Part shown: positions 10,625-21,841 of the stretch, piece after piece
Layout: each line of letters begins with the position of its first letter
How positions within the stretch are numbered: position 1 is the first letter of the stretch
Assembly: GCA_963762145.1 (NCBI GenBank)
Contig: CAVXJS010000014.1
Coordinates: 480,001-544,000, forward strand
Origin: an uncultured Candidatus Rokubacteria bacterium
Lineage (GTDB): Bacteria; Methylomirabilota; Methylomirabilia; Rokubacteriales; CSP1-6
DNA: 64,000 nucleotides
Reading direction: 5' to 3'
Notes under the pieces: generated by a model
Seen by the model: the letters and a program-made list of their open reading frames with translations, nothing else
What the model was told of the DNA's origin: nothing
The model's database searches: none
Made by a program: the position numbers and the translations under genes

Positions 10625-13600
10625 GTGTGGATCGTCCGGATCGCGCTGGACCGGCCCTACACCTTCATCGTCCTCGCGCTCCTGATCCTGATCGTGAGCC
10701 CGGTGGTGATCGCGCGCACGCCCACCGACATCTTCCCCAACGTCAACATCCCGGTGATCGCGGTGGCGTGGCAGTACCGCGGGCTCAACGCGGAGGAGCT
10801 GGAGGGCCGCATCACCACGTCCTACGAGCGCGTGCTCACCACCACGGTGGACAACATCGAGCACATCGAGTCCACCACCATCAACGGACAGGCGATCATC
10901 AAGGTCTTCCTGCAGCCGAACGCGAGCCTCGACACCGCCAACGCCCAGATCACCGCGATCTCGCAGACCGTGATCCGGCAGTACCCGCCCGGCATCACCC
11001 CGCCCCTGATCATCAACTTCAGCGCCTCGAGCGTGCCGATCCTCCAGCTCGCGCTGTCGGGGGAGGGTCTCGCCGAGCAGCAGCTCTTCGACCTCGGCGT
11101 CAACTTCCTGCGGCCCCAGCTCGTGACGGTCCGCGGGCGCGGCGATCCCGTATCCCTTCGGCGGCAAGCAGCGCCAGGTCATGGTCGACCTCAACCCGCG
11201 CATGCTCCAGGCCAAGGGGCTCTCGCCCAGCCGACGTGCGTCGACTCGCTGGACCTGCAGAACCTGGTCCTGCCCTCCGGCACCGCCAAGATCGGCGAGT
11301 TCGAGTACGACGTCACGCTCGAACGCGAGCCCGCGGACGGTGGCCGACCTGGACGACATCCCGATCAAGGTGGTGGGCAACTCGACGATCTACCTCCGGG
11401 ACGTCGCCCACGTGCGCGACGGCTTCGGGCCCCAGACCAACATCGTCCGGCGGGACGGCCGGCGCGGCACGCTGGTCACCGTCCTCAAGAGCGGCGACGC
11501 CTCCACCCTCGACGTCGTCGACAACATCCGGGCCGCGCTGCCCGCGGGTGGCCAGCACGCTGCCCCCCGAGCTCAAGGTCGACCTGCTCGCGGACCAGTC
11601 GGTCTTCGTGCGCGGCCGCGGTGAGCGGGCGTGATCCACGAGGCGATCATCGCGGCCTGCCTCACCGCCGCTGATGATCCTGCTCTTCCTGGGGAGCTGG
11701 CGCAGCACCCTCATCATCGCGGTCTCGATCCCGCTGTCGATCCTGACCTCGGTCATCGCGCTGAGCTTCCTGGGCGAGACCATCAACATCATGACCCTGG
11801 GCGGCCTCGCGCTCGCGGTGGGCATCCTGGTGGACGACGCCACCGTCACCATCGAGAACATCGAGCGCAATCTGGAAGAGGGCCAGGACGCTGCGGGGCG
11901 CGATCCTGGACGGGGCGGCCCAGATCGCGGTGCCCGCCCTCGTGTCCACCCTCTGCATCTGCATCGTGTTCCTGCCCATGTTCTTCCTGAGCGGGACCGC
12001 GCGCTACCTCTTCGTGCCGCTGGCGGAGGCGGTGGTCTTCGCGATGCTCGCCTCCTACGTGCTGTCGCGCACGCTCGTGCCCACCCTGGCCATGTACCTG
12101 CTGCGGGCCAAGGCCCACCACGACGCGCCCGTCGCGTAACCCGTTCGTGCGGCTGCAGCGCGGCTTCGAGCGCGGGTTCGAGCGGCTCCGCGCCGCCTAC
12201 CGCGGGCTGCTGGAGCGGCTGCTCTCGCCGGCAGGCCGCGTTCGTGCCCGTGTTCCTCGCGGTCTGCGTGAGCGCCGGGCTCCTGGTGCCCTGGCTCGGG
12301 CGAGAACTTCTTCCCGGTGACCGACAGCGGGCAGTTCATCCTCCACCTGCGCGCCAAGACCGGCACCCGCATCGAGGAGACCGCCCGGCTGGTCGACCTG
12401 GTGGAGACCGCGATCCGCCGGGAGATCCCGGCCGGGGAGCTGGACAAGATCATCGACAACATCGGGCTGCCGTACTAGCACGCATCAACTACATGTACAG
12501 CGCGCTCCGGGGTTCATCGGAGCGGCGGACGCCGACATCCTCGTCACGCTCAAGCCCGGCCACGGGCCCACCGCGGACCACGTGCGGAACCTGCGCGCGC
12601 GTCTGCCCCAGGAGTTTCCCGGCGTGACCTTCTACTTCGTGCCCGCCGACATCGTGACCCAGATCCTCAACTTCGGGCTGCCCGCGCCGATCGACATGCA
12701 GATCGAGGGCAACGACCTCGAGGGCAACCGGCAGGTCGCCAACCAGATGCTGGACGACCTGCGGCGCGTGCCCGGCCTGACCGACCTGCGGATCCAGCAG
12801 AACTTCGACACCCCGAAGTTCCACGTGACGGTGGACCGCACCAAGGCGGCGGGGGCGGCTTCACCCCGCGCGACGTCGCCAGCAGCGTGCTGGTGTCGCT
12901 GAGCGGGAGCTGGCGCCGACCTCGCCGACCACGTTCCTCAACTGGCAGAACGGGGTCAGCTACAACCTGGTCACCCAGGCGCCCCAGTACTCGGATCCAG
13001 TCGCTCCAGGACCTCCAGAACATCCCGATCAGCGCGACGGGGGCGCGGCCCCAGATCCTGGGCGACGTGGCCTCGATCGCGCGGCGCGAGCTCGATGGCG
13101 GTGATCTCGCACTACAACATCCGCCGGGTGGTGGACATCTACGGCTCGGTGCAGGACCGCGACCTCGGCGCGGTGGGCCGCGACATCGCCCGCGATCGTC
13201 GACGCCCATCGCCCGAACCTGCCGCGCGGCAGCTTCGTCACCCTGCGCGGCCAGGTCGAGACCATGCGCGCCTCCTACCTGGGCCTCCTGGGCGGCCTCG
13301 CCTTCGCGATCGTGCTCGTCTACCTGCTGATCGTGGTGAACTTCCAGTCGTGGCTCGATCCGTTCATCATCATCACCGCGCTGCCCGCCGCGCTGGCCGG
13401 GATCATCGTGTTCCTGTTCCTGACCGGCACCACGCTCAGCGTGCCCGCCCTGATGGGCGCGATCATGTGCATGGGCGTCGCGACCGCCAACAGCATCCTC
13501 GTGGTCTCCTTCGCCAAGGAGCGGCTGGGTGAGCACGGCGACGCCCACCTGGCCGCGATCGAGGCGGGGTTCACGCGCTTCCGGCCCGTGCTCATGACCG

Positions 13601-13804
13601 CGCTGGCCATGATCATCGGCATGATGCCGATGGCGCTGGGACTGGGCGAGGGCGGCGAGCAGAACGCGCCGCTCGGGCGCGCGGTGATCGGCGGCCTGCT
13701 GCTGCGCCACCGTCGCGACCCTGGTCTTCGTGCCCGCGGTGTTCAGCCTGCTGCACGGGCGCGGGCGCCGCGCGGGAAGCCCGCTCCCACCGGCGGCGGC
13801 ATGA
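10625..13804 (+). CDS. RND efflux permease (AcrB family), heavily frameshifted
   Basis: Fragments VWIVRIALDRPYTF, GILVDDATVTIENI and RFRPVLMTALAMIIGMMPMAL are spread over many frame switches; the final stop overlaps the next gene's ATG (ATGA). Confidence 0.8.
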
Positions 13805-14955
13805 GCCGCTGGCGCGGGTCCTCCGGCTTCTGGATCGTCCTGGTTGCCGCCCTGGTCCTGGGGGGCGCCATCTACGCCGGGCTCCACGGCCGCCGGGGCG
13901 CGGACGCGGCGCTGAAGCGGGCGACCGAGGAGGCGGCGGTTCCCACCGTCGCGGTGGTGTACCCGGGCGCCTCCGCGCCCACCGACGAGCTGGTGCTGCC
14001 GGGAACCGCCCACGCGTTCACCGACGCGGTGATCTTCGCGCGGGCGAGCGGGTACCTCAAGAAGCGCCACGTGGACATCGGCACGCGCGTGACCGCGGGC
14101 CAGCTCCTGGCCGAGCTCGAGACTCCCGAGCTCGACCAGCAGCTCCACCAGGCCCGCGCGGACCTGGAGAACGCGCGCGCGACCATGGACATGGCCCGGA
14201 CCACGTCCGAGCGCTGGCAGACGCTGCTCAAACGCGACTCAGTGTCGCGCCAGGAGGCGGACGAGAAGGTCAGCGACTACAACGCGCGGCGGGCGATCGT
14301 GGATTCCAATGCCGCCAACGTCAAGCGCCTCGAGGACCTCCAGGCCTTCCAGAAGATCACCGCGCCGTTCGCGGGCATCATCACCGCGCGCAACACCGAC
14401 ATCGGCGCGCTCGTCGACGCGGGCGGGGCCGCGCGCGAGCTCTTCCGCCTCGCCGCCATCGACAAGCTGCGCGTCTTCGTCTCGGTGCCGCAGGCCTACG
14501 CCCAGGCCGCGCAGCCCGGCACCCCGACCACCGTCACCCTCGAGGAGATGCCTGGCCGCGCCTTCCGCGGCACGCTGGCCCGGACCTCCAACGCCCTCGA
14601 TCCGGTCACCCGGACCATGGTGAGCGAGGTGGAGGTGGAGAACGCCACCGGCGAGGTGCTGCCCGGCGCCTACGTGGTGGTGCGGCTGCGGGTCGGTCGC
14701 GAGGCGCGCGGGCTCACGATCCCCGCGAACACCCTGCTCTTCCGCTCGCAGGGACTGCAGGTCGCGGTGGTGCGGAACGGGCGCGCGGAGCTGGTGGGGG
14801 TGACGATCGGGCGCGACTACGGCGGCAGCGTGGAGGTCGTGTCGGGCCTGGGACCGAAGGACGCGGTCATCCTCGATCCGTCCGACTCCCTGGTCAGCGG
14901 CGTCGCGGTCCGCGTGCGCGCGAGCGAGCCCTCGAAGCCGAAGCCGGGCGGGTAG
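13801..14955 (+). CDS. RND periplasmic adaptor (MFP)
   Basis: N-terminal TM, IFARASGYL, helical hairpin, ITAPFAGII, LPGAYV. Confidence 0.9.
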   Translation: MSRWRGSSGFWIVLVAALVLGGAIYAGLHGRRGADAALKRATEEAAVPTVAVVYPGASAPTDELVLPGTAHAFTDAVIFARASGYLKKRHVDIGTRVTAGQLLAELETPELDQQLHQARADLENARATMDMARTTSERWQTLLKRDSVSRQEADEKVSDYNARRAIVDSNAANVKRLEDLQAFQKITAPFAGIITARNTDIGALVDAGGAARELFRLAAIDKLRVFVSVPQAYAQAAQPGTPTTVTLEEMPGRAFRGTLARTSNALDPVTRTMVSEVEVENATGEVLPGAYVVVRLRVGREARGLTIPANTLLFRSQGLQVAVVRNGRAELVGVTIGRDYGGSVEVVSGLGPKDAVILDPSDSLVSGVAVRVRASEPSKPKPGG

Positions 14956-15805
14956 CGGCCGGCCGCCCCTTCGCGGGCGCCGGTCCGCTCGCGTGCCAGC
15001 GCGCCACCTCCTCGCAGGTGGCGAACCACACGCCGCGCGTGCGGCGCATGGTGGTGACCAGGTCCTCCAGCAGGGCGATGCGAGAGGCGCGCCCGCTCAC
15101 GAAGGGGTGGCAGGTCAGCACGAAGCAGCCGTTTTCCGGGTGCATCGCCGCGAACTCCTTGCTCCACATCTGGAGCACGCGGCCCGGGTCGGCGATCGCG
15201 TTGGAGGCGCCGTAGACGTGGCGGAAGAGCGGGGCGTCGTCGAGCAGCCACTGCACCGGCACCTCGGTCAGTGGTCCCTGGGAGGTCGGCACGTCGTACG
15301 GGACGTCGTTGCCCATCAGGGAGCTGTCGTAGAGGAAGCCGTGGCGCTTGAGCAGGTCGGGCGTCCACACGTTCACGTCCCAGGAAGGCGAGCGATACCC
15401 GGCCGGCCGCACGCCCAGGCGGGAGGCCAGGATCTCGAGCTGCTCGCGCATCACGCGCTCCTCCTGCTCCTCGTCGAGGAAGCCGAGCGCCTCGTGCACG
15501 TTGCCGTGGGCCCCGATCTCGTGACCCGCGTCGCGGATCCGCCGGCACGGCTCGAAGTGGTGCTCGACCGTCCAGCCCGGGATGAAGAAGCTGGCGCGCA
15601 GCTTCAGGCGGTCGAGCAGGCGCAGGATCCGATCGACGCCCACGCGGGGCCCGAAGCGGCGCTCCTCCAGGTCGCCCAGGCTGCGCCGGGCCTTCTCGGG
15701 CTCGCGAAACAGGAAGCCGGACTCCGCGTCGAAATCGAACGAGAGGACCGCGGCGGACGTGGTGCCGGAGGGCCACGGGTAGCGCATCGCGCGCCCGCCT
15801 GCCAT
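14894..15805 (-). CDS. Polysaccharide deacetylase/PuuE-like (CE4) hydrolase
   Basis: SFDFDAES, HEIGAHGNVHE, GYRSPSW, TCHPFVSGR; TGATG coupling to the upstream gene (alternative start 15787). Confidence 0.85.
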   Translation of the reverse strand: MAGGRAMRYPWPSGTTSAAVLSFDFDAESGFLFREPEKARRSLGDLEERRFGPRVGVDRILRLLDRLKLRASFFIPGWTVEHHFEPCRRIRDAGHEIGAHGNVHEALGFLDEEQEERVMREQLEILASRLGVRPAGYRSPSWDVNVWTPDLLKRHGFLYDSSLMGNDVPYDVPTSQGPLTEVPVQWLLDDAPLFRHVYGASNAIADPGRVLQMWSKEFAAMHPENGCFVLTCHPFVSGRASRIALLEDLVTTMRRTRGVWFATCEEVARWHASGPAPAKGRPAATRPASASRARSRARGPRRR

Positions 15806-16647
15806 CAGGCGGAGGCCGCCGGCTGCCTGCGGCGCCCGAGCCAGAAGCGGGCCAGGTCGTCGGGACGCGGCCACCACACCCGGCCCTTGCCCAGGATGAG
15901 CTGGATGAGCCGCTCGACCATGCGCAGGCGCGCCGGCCGGCCGATGATCTGGGGATGGGCGAGCCAGTTGAAGAAGCCGCCCTCCGCGTAGAGCCCCTCG
16001 AACTCCTCGGACCAGATCTCCCACACGTCCTGCTGGCTCCAGATGCCGTTGCCGACCGGGGGCACCGCGCTCCACAGGAAGAACGGCGCGTCGTTGTTGC
16101 ACCACGCGGTGGGGAACTCCACCAGCGGGCCGTGCGCGGTCTCGTGGCAGTAGGGCAGGTCGGTGTCGAGCGCGTTGCTGTGGTAGAGGAAGCCGTGCCG
16201 CGCGAGCAGCTCCATGGTGTGCCGGCTCGGGTCGGCGGAAGGCGTGCGCGAGCCGAGCGGAACCACGCCGAGCACCTTCTGGAAGATCTCGAGGCTTCGC
16301 ACGAGCAGCGCTTCCTCTTCCTCGCGGCTCTTCATGAAGAACGGCTTCTCGTGCAGGTAGCCGTGGTGGCCCACCTCGTGGCCGTGCTTCAGGATCTCCT
16401 CGCAGAGCGCGGGGTAGCGCTCCACGATCCAGCCGGGGATGAAGATGCAGGTCTTGATCCCGTAGCGGTCGAGCAGCTCGAGGATGCGCGGCATGCCGGT
16501 CTTGGGGCCGTAGGCGCCCATGGACATGTGCAGCGGCCGCTCGGCCAGCGCGGGGTCGCGGTGGATCCACGGGCTCTCGCCGTCGAGGTCGAACGTCATC
16601 ATGACGGCGCAGCGCGCGCCGTCGGGCCAGGTCACCGTCTCCGCCAT
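15805..16647 (-). CDS. Polysaccharide deacetylase/PuuE-like (CE4) hydrolase
   Basis: TFDLDGES, HEVGHHGYLHE, AHPQIIGRP; RBS GGAGGA. Confidence 0.88.
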   Translation of the reverse strand: MAETVTWPDGARCAVMMTFDLDGESPWIHRDPALAERPLHMSMGAYGPKTGMPRILELLDRYGIKTCIFIPGWIVERYPALCEEILKHGHEVGHHGYLHEKPFFMKSREEEEALLVRSLEIFQKVLGVVPLGSRTPSADPSRHTMELLARHGFLYHSNALDTDLPYCHETAHGPLVEFPTAWCNNDAPFFLWSAVPPVGNGIWSQQDVWEIWSEEFEGLYAEGGFFNWLAHPQIIGRPARLRMVERLIQLILGKGRVWWPRPDDLARFWLGRRRQPAASA

Positions 16648-16885
16648 CGCGTCCTCCGGGCGCGCCCACCAGGTGAGGTGCAGGGGCCCGAGAATAGTCC
16701 AGGCGCGCGGGGCCCCGCAACCCGCCGCGGGCCCCGGGCCTTGACGTGGCGGGGCGGCTCCGCCATCCTTGGGCGCATCGAACGCGCCCGGTATCCTTCC
16801 GATGCCGGCCCGAACAGTGGTGACGGGTCCGCGCTCACGAGGCGGTTCGCAGTGATCACCGGCCAGGCTCATCAGGAGGCAGACC

Positions 16886-18151
16886 ATGCGGAGACGTGAT
16901 GTCGTGAAGCTCATGGGTGTGGGCGCGCTCGCCGCGTCGGCGCCGCGGGCCTGGGCGCAGGGCCGTGAGGTGGTGATCGGCGTGCTCTATCCGCTCAGCG
17001 GGCCGGTGGCGCAGGCGGGGGTGGACGCCAAGGCCGCCGCCGAGACCGCGGTCGAGATCGTGAACACCCGCCAGGACCTGGACCTGCCCCTGGCGCGGAC
17101 CGAGGGCCTCCCCGGGCTCGGCGGGGCGAAGCTCCGGCTGATCTTCGTGGACCACCAGGGCAAGCCGGAGCTGGGCCAGTCGGAGGCCGAGCGGCTGATC
17201 ACGCAGGAGAAGGCGGTGGCGCTGTACGGGGCCTACCACAGCAGCGTGTCGGCCACCGCGAGCGTGGTGTGCGAGCGGCTCGGCGTGCCGTATCTCTCGG
17301 GCGAGTCGTCCTCGCCCACGCTGCACCGGCGCGGGTTCAAGTGGTTCTTCCGGACCAGCCCGCACGACGAGCACTTCTCGATCGCGATGTTCGAGTTCAT
17401 GAAGGAGCTGCAGGCCCGGAGCGGGAAGAAGATCGCCACGCTCGGCATCCTCCACGAGGACACGCTCTTCGGCGCGGACTCGGCGCGGGTCCAGGAGCAG
17501 CTCGCCCAGGCGGGCGGCTACCGGGTGGTGGAGAAGCTCGCGTATCGAGCGCGGACCACCAGCATGCAGACCGAGGTGCAGCGGCTCAAGGCCGCGAACC
17601 CCGACGTCCTGCTGCCGACCTCCTACACCTCCGACGCGATCCTGTTCATCAAGACCGCCCGCGAGCTCGACTACAACCCGCCGATGATCCTGGCCCAGGA
17701 CGCGGGCTACGTGGAGAGCGACTTCGTGGCCGGCGTCGGCAAGGACGCCGACGGCGTGATGTCCCGCTCGGTGTTCTCGATGGACCTGGCCGCGAAGCGG
17801 CCGGTGATCGCCCGGGTCAACGAGATGTACAAGAAGCGCACGGGGAAGGACCTCAACGACAACACCTCGCGCGCCTTCACCGGCATGATCGTCCTCGCGG
17901 AGGCGATCAACCGGGCGGGCTCGACCGATCCGGAGGCGATCCGCAAGGCGCTGGCCGCCACCGATCTCAAGCCGAATCAGCTCATCATGCCGTGGAAGGG
18001 CGTGACCTTCGATCCCAAGACCGGCCAGAACGAGCTGGGCACTCCGCTGATCACCCAGTGGCGCGGCGGAGCGCTCAAGGTCGCCTGGCCCTTCGATCTC
18101 GCCTCCGGCGAGCTGATCTACCCGCTGCCCCGGTGGGCCGATCGCAAGTGA
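16886..18151 (+). CDS. ABC solute-binding protein, branched-chain amino acid type, Tat signal
   Basis: RRRDVVK twin-arginine signal; IGVLYPLSG; GAYHSS. Confidence 0.9.
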   Translation: MRRRDVVKLMGVGALAASAPRAWAQGREVVIGVLYPLSGPVAQAGVDAKAAAETAVEIVNTRQDLDLPLARTEGLPGLGGAKLRLIFVDHQGKPELGQSEAERLITQEKAVALYGAYHSSVSATASVVCERLGVPYLSGESSSPTLHRRGFKWFFRTSPHDEHFSIAMFEFMKELQARSGKKIATLGILHEDTLFGADSARVQEQLAQAGGYRVVEKLAYRARTTSMQTEVQRLKAANPDVLLPTSYTSDAILFIKTARELDYNPPMILAQDAGYVESDFVAGVGKDADGVMSRSVFSMDLAAKRPVIARVNEMYKKRTGKDLNDNTSRAFTGMIVLAEAINRAGSTDPEAIRKALAATDLKPNQLIMPWKGVTFDPKTGQNELGTPLITQWRGGALKVAWPFDLASGELIYPLPRWADRK

Positions 18152-18170
18152 CGCGCGCCTCGATCCGGAC

Positions 18171-20204
18171 GTGAGCCTCCGCGTCGGCGTGGACGTGGGG
18201 GGCACCTTCACCGACGTCGTCTCGGTGGACGACGGGACGGGGGAGGTGCGCTCGTGCAAGGTGCCCACGGTGCCCGACAACCGGGCGCAGGGCGTGCTCG
18301 ACGGCCTGCGCGCGCTGCTCCGGGCGGGAGAGACGTGCGCCTCGCTCGCCCACGGGACCACCACCGTCACCAACGCCATCGTGGAGGGGCGCGTCGCCCC
18401 GGTGGGCCTCGTCACCACGCGCGGCTTCCGCGACGTGCTCGAGATCGCGCGGATGAACCGCGCGCATCTCTATCGTCTCGAGCGGCCCGCCCGGGCGGAG
18501 GCGCTGGTGCCGCGCCGCCGGCGCCTCGAGATCACCGAGCGGGTGGGCGCCGACGGCACCGTGCAGACCCCCCTCGCGCCCGGCGAGCTGGAGGGCCTCG
18601 TCGCCGCCCTCCGGACCGAGGGGGTGGAGGCGGTGGCGGTGTGCCTGCTGCACGCCTATGCGAATCCGGCGCACGAGCAGGCGCTCCGCCGCGCGCTCGA
18701 GCCGCACTTCCGCCACGTCTCGGTGTCGAGCGAGATCAACGCGGAGTTCCGGGAGTACGAGCGCACCTGCACCACCGCGCTGAACGCCAGCGTGATGCCG
18801 CTGGCCGACCGCTACCTGGGCGGGCTCATCGCCGCGCTCGGCGGCGGAGCGGGCGGGCCCGCGCTCCGCCTGCTGCACTCCGCGGGCGGCATGATGTCGG
18901 TGGCGGCCGCGAAGGCGCGGCCGCTCGCGATGGCGCTGTCCGGCCCCGCCGCGGGCGTGGCGGCGGCCGCCCACGTGGCGCGCGCGCTCGGGGTGGATCG
19001 CGCGCTCGCGTTCGACATGGGCGGCACGACCACCGACGTGTGCCTCATCAGCGACGGCGCGGCCGAGACCACCTCGCAGCGCCGGCTGGCCGACTACCCG
19101 GTGCGGCTGCCCATGGTGGCGGTGGAATCCATCGGCGCGGGCGGTGGCTCGCTCGCGCGCGTCGACGAGGTCGGCGCGCTCAAGGTGGGGCCGCAGAGCG
19201 CGGGCGCTCAGCCCGGGCCGGCGTGCTACGGCCAGGGCGGCACGCTCGCCACCGTGACCGACGCCAACCTGGTGCTCGGATACCTGAACCCGGCGCGTCT
19301 CTACGGCGGGAGCATCCGGATCGATCCCGACCGGGCCCGGAGCGCGGTGGAGACCGTCGGCCGGCGGCTCGGGCTCTCCACGCTCGAGGCGGCGCACGGC
19401 ATCGTGGAGGTCGCCAACGCGAGCATGCTGCGCGCGCTGCGCCTGGTCTCGGTGCAGCGCGGCCACGACCTGCGCCGGTTCTCGCTCATCGCGTACGGCG
19501 GCGCGGGCCCGGTGCACGCGGGCGCGCTCGCGCGGACCTGCGGGATCGGGCGCGTGATCGTGCCCGCGCACTCGGGCGCCTTCTCCGCGCTGGGCTGCCT
19601 GGTCTCGCCGCTCCGGTACGACGCGGTGCAGACGCACCGGGCCCGGCTCGACGCCTGGGACGGCAAGCTGATCGAGGACCGCTTCCGCTCGCTCGAGGAG
19701 CAGTGCCTGCGGCCGATCCTGGAGGAGGGCCACCCCGCGTCCGCGGTGGCCGTGGAGCGGAGCCTGGACGTTCGCTACGTGGGACAGAACTACGAGATCG
19801 AGCTGCCGTTCCTGCGCGACCCGGCCGGCCTGCGGGCGGCGTTCGAGGCGCGCCATCGCCGGCTCTATGGCTACGCCACCGGCGAGAGCGTCGAGGTCGT
19901 GAACCTGCGCGTGGTGGCGCGGCTCGGCGACGCCGCCCCTCACCCCGGCCCTCTCCCCAAAGGGGAGAGGGAGACTCCGTTGGGTGAGGGGGCCTCGGTC
20001 GCCGGCTCGCAGCGGGCCTATTTCCCCGAGACCGGCGAGATCACGATGCCGCGCCACGACCGCACCGTCCTCGCCGCCGGCGTCGTCGTGGCCGGGCCCG
20101 CGGTGATCGAGGACGAGTGGTCCACGATCATCGTCTACCCGGGCCAGCGGGCCGCCGCCGACGCGCGCGGCCATCTCATCCTGGACCTGGAGCCCACCTC
20201 GTGA
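18171..20204 (+). CDS. Hydantoinase/oxoprolinase subunit A
   Basis: GVDVGGTFTD, SGPAAG, DMGGTTTD, GAGGGS, GPACYG. Confidence 0.92.
   Translation: MSLRVGVDVGGTFTDVVSVDDGTGEVRSCKVPTVPDNRAQGVLDGLRALLRAGETCASLAHGTTTVTNAIVEGRVAPVGLVTTRGFRDVLEIARMNRAHLYRLERPARAEALVPRRRRLEITERVGADGTVQTPLAPGELEGLVAALRTEGVEAVAVCLLHAYANPAHEQALRRALEPHFRHVSVSSEINAEFREYERTCTTALNASVMPLADRYLGGLIAALGGGAGGPALRLLHSAGGMMSVAAAKARPLAMALSGPAAGVAAAAHVARALGVDRALAFDMGGTTTDVCLISDGAAETTSQRRLADYPVRLPMVAVESIGAGGGSLARVDEVGALKVGPQSAGAQPGPACYGQGGTLATVTDANLVLGYLNPARLYGGSIRIDPDRARSAVETVGRRLGLSTLEAAHGIVEVANASMLRALRLVSVQRGHDLRRFSLIAYGGAGPVHAGALARTCGIGRVIVPAHSGAFSALGCLVSPLRYDAVQTHRARLDAWDGKLIEDRFRSLEEQCLRPILEEGHPASAVAVERSLDVRYVGQNYEIELPFLRDPAGLRAAFEARHRRLYGYATGESVEVVNLRVVARLGDAAPHPGPLPKGERETPLGEGASVAGSQRAYFPETGEITMPRHDRTVLAAGVVVAGPAVIEDEWSTIIVYPGQRAAADARGHLILDLEPTS
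19936..19991. repeat. BoxC-like element in-frame within hydantoinase A
   Basis: CCCCTCACCCCGGCCCTCTCCCCAAAGGGGAGAGGG...GGGTGAGGGG encodes PHPGPLPKGERETPLGEG. Confidence 0.85.
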
Positions 20205-21841
20205 GCCAGCCGGCCGCGCGCGTCAGCCCGATCACCCTCGAAGTCGTCCGCCACGCGCTCTACGCGATCGCCGAGGAGATGAGCGTGATCATCATGCGCT
20301 CGGCCCGCTCGCCGCTCCTCAAGGAAGCGGGCGACCTCTCCTCCGCGCTGACGGATGCGGAGGGCCGGCTCATCGCGCAGGGCCGCGACATCCCGATCCA
20401 CATGGGCGTCATGGGCTTCACGGTGAGGGAGCTCCTCAAGCGCGTCCCGGTCGAGAGCCTGCGCGAGGGCGACGTGTGGTTCCTCAACCTGCCCGAGGTG
20501 GGCGGCAATCACCTGCCGGACGTGAAGGCGGTGCGGCCGGTCTTCCACCAGGGCCGGCTCATCGCGTTCGCGATCAACCTGGCGCACTGGGCCGACATCG
20601 GCGGCGCGGTGCCGGGCAGCTACGTGCCGTGGGCCACCGAGTGCTACCTCGAGGGGCTCCGGATCGCGCCGATCCGGCTCTTCACCGCGGCGGGGCCGGA
20701 GCGCCACAGCATCGACCTCGTGCTGTCGAACGTGCGCGGCCGCGAGGAGCGCGAGGGGGACATGCTGGCCCAGTTCGCGGCCAACGACGTCGCCGCGCGG
20801 CGCCTCGTCGAGCTGGCCGACGGCTACGGGGCCGACACCCTGGCGGCGTGCTTCGCGCGCCTGCACGAAGAGTCCGAGCAGCAGATGCGCGCGGCGATCG
20901 CGGCGCTGCCCGACGGGATCTGGGAGGGCGAGGACCATCTCGACGACGACGGGGTGGATGACCGGCCGATCCGGGTGGCGGTGCGCGTCGAGATCCGGGG
21001 GGACGAAGCCACGTTCGACTTCACCGGCACCGCGCCGCAGGCGCGCGGGCCCGTGAACACCACCTACTTCATCGCCTGCTCGGCGGTGTACTACGCGATG
21101 AAGGCCCTGGTCGCTCCCGAGGTGCCGCCCAACGACGGCTGCTACCGGCCGTTGAAGGTCGTGGTGCCGCCCGGGACCGTGCTGACCGCGGACCCGGACC
21201 GCCCGGTGGTGGGCGGCAATCACGAGACCTCGCAGCGGGCGGTGGACGCCATCTTCCGCGCGCTGGCGCCCGTCCTGGGCCACCGCGTCTCGGCGGGCGG
21301 TCCCACCACCGCCGGGCTCATGATCTTCGGGACCCGCCGGGCGGACGGCGGCTGGGGCATCTTCTACGAGGTGCACGGCGGGGGCGCGGGGGCCACGCGC
21401 GACGCCGACGGCTCCTCCGCGACCCGCGTGCACATGTCGAACGTGATGAACACCCCGGTCGAGGTGATCGAGCACGAGTACCCGATCGTGGTCGAGGAGC
21501 AGGCCCTCCGGGACGGCTCCGGCGGCGACGGGCGTCGCCGCGGCGGGCTCGGCCTGCGCCGCGCGTACCGGGTGACCGCGGACGAGGTCTCGCTCACCAC
21601 CATGCTCGAGCGTCGCGTGATCCCGCCGTGGGGCGTCGCGGGCGGCGCCGACGGCCTGCCGTTCCGGGTGACGCTCAACCCGGGACCGGCCGCGCGCGAC
21701 CTGCGCGGCAAGGAGACGGTGAGGCTCGCCGCGGGAGACCTCGTGGTGATCGAGACCTCGGGCGGCGGCGGCTTCGGCCCGCCCGGCGAGCGGCCGGCCG
21801 CGGCCCGCGAGGCCGATCGGCGCGAGGGCTACGCGCGATGA
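20201..21841 (+). CDS. Hydantoinase B/oxoprolinase subunit
   Basis: GGNHLPD, HWADIGG, NTPVEVIE, GGGGFG; GTGA overlap with subunit A. Confidence 0.92.
   Translation: MSQPAARVSPITLEVVRHALYAIAEEMSVIIMRSARSPLLKEAGDLSSALTDAEGRLIAQGRDIPIHMGVMGFTVRELLKRVPVESLREGDVWFLNLPEVGGNHLPDVKAVRPVFHQGRLIAFAINLAHWADIGGAVPGSYVPWATECYLEGLRIAPIRLFTAAGPERHSIDLVLSNVRGREEREGDMLAQFAANDVAARRLVELADGYGADTLAACFARLHEESEQQMRAAIAALPDGIWEGEDHLDDDGVDDRPIRVAVRVEIRGDEATFDFTGTAPQARGPVNTTYFIACSAVYYAMKALVAPEVPPNDGCYRPLKVVVPPGTVLTADPDRPVVGGNHETSQRAVDAIFRALAPVLGHRVSAGGPTTAGLMIFGTRRADGGWGIFYEVHGGGAGATRDADGSSATRVHMSNVMNTPVEVIEHEYPIVVEEQALRDGSGGDGRRRGGLGLRRAYRVTADEVSLTTMLERRVIPPWGVAGGADGLPFRVTLNPGPAARDLRGKETVRLAAGDLVVIETSGGGGFGPPGERPAAAREADRREGYAR

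Noticed and set aside
13264-14955. Apparent RND-MFP fusion protein
   Set aside because: Caused by an indel near 13703; the corrected RND frame stops at 13804, overlapping the MFP ATG at 13801.
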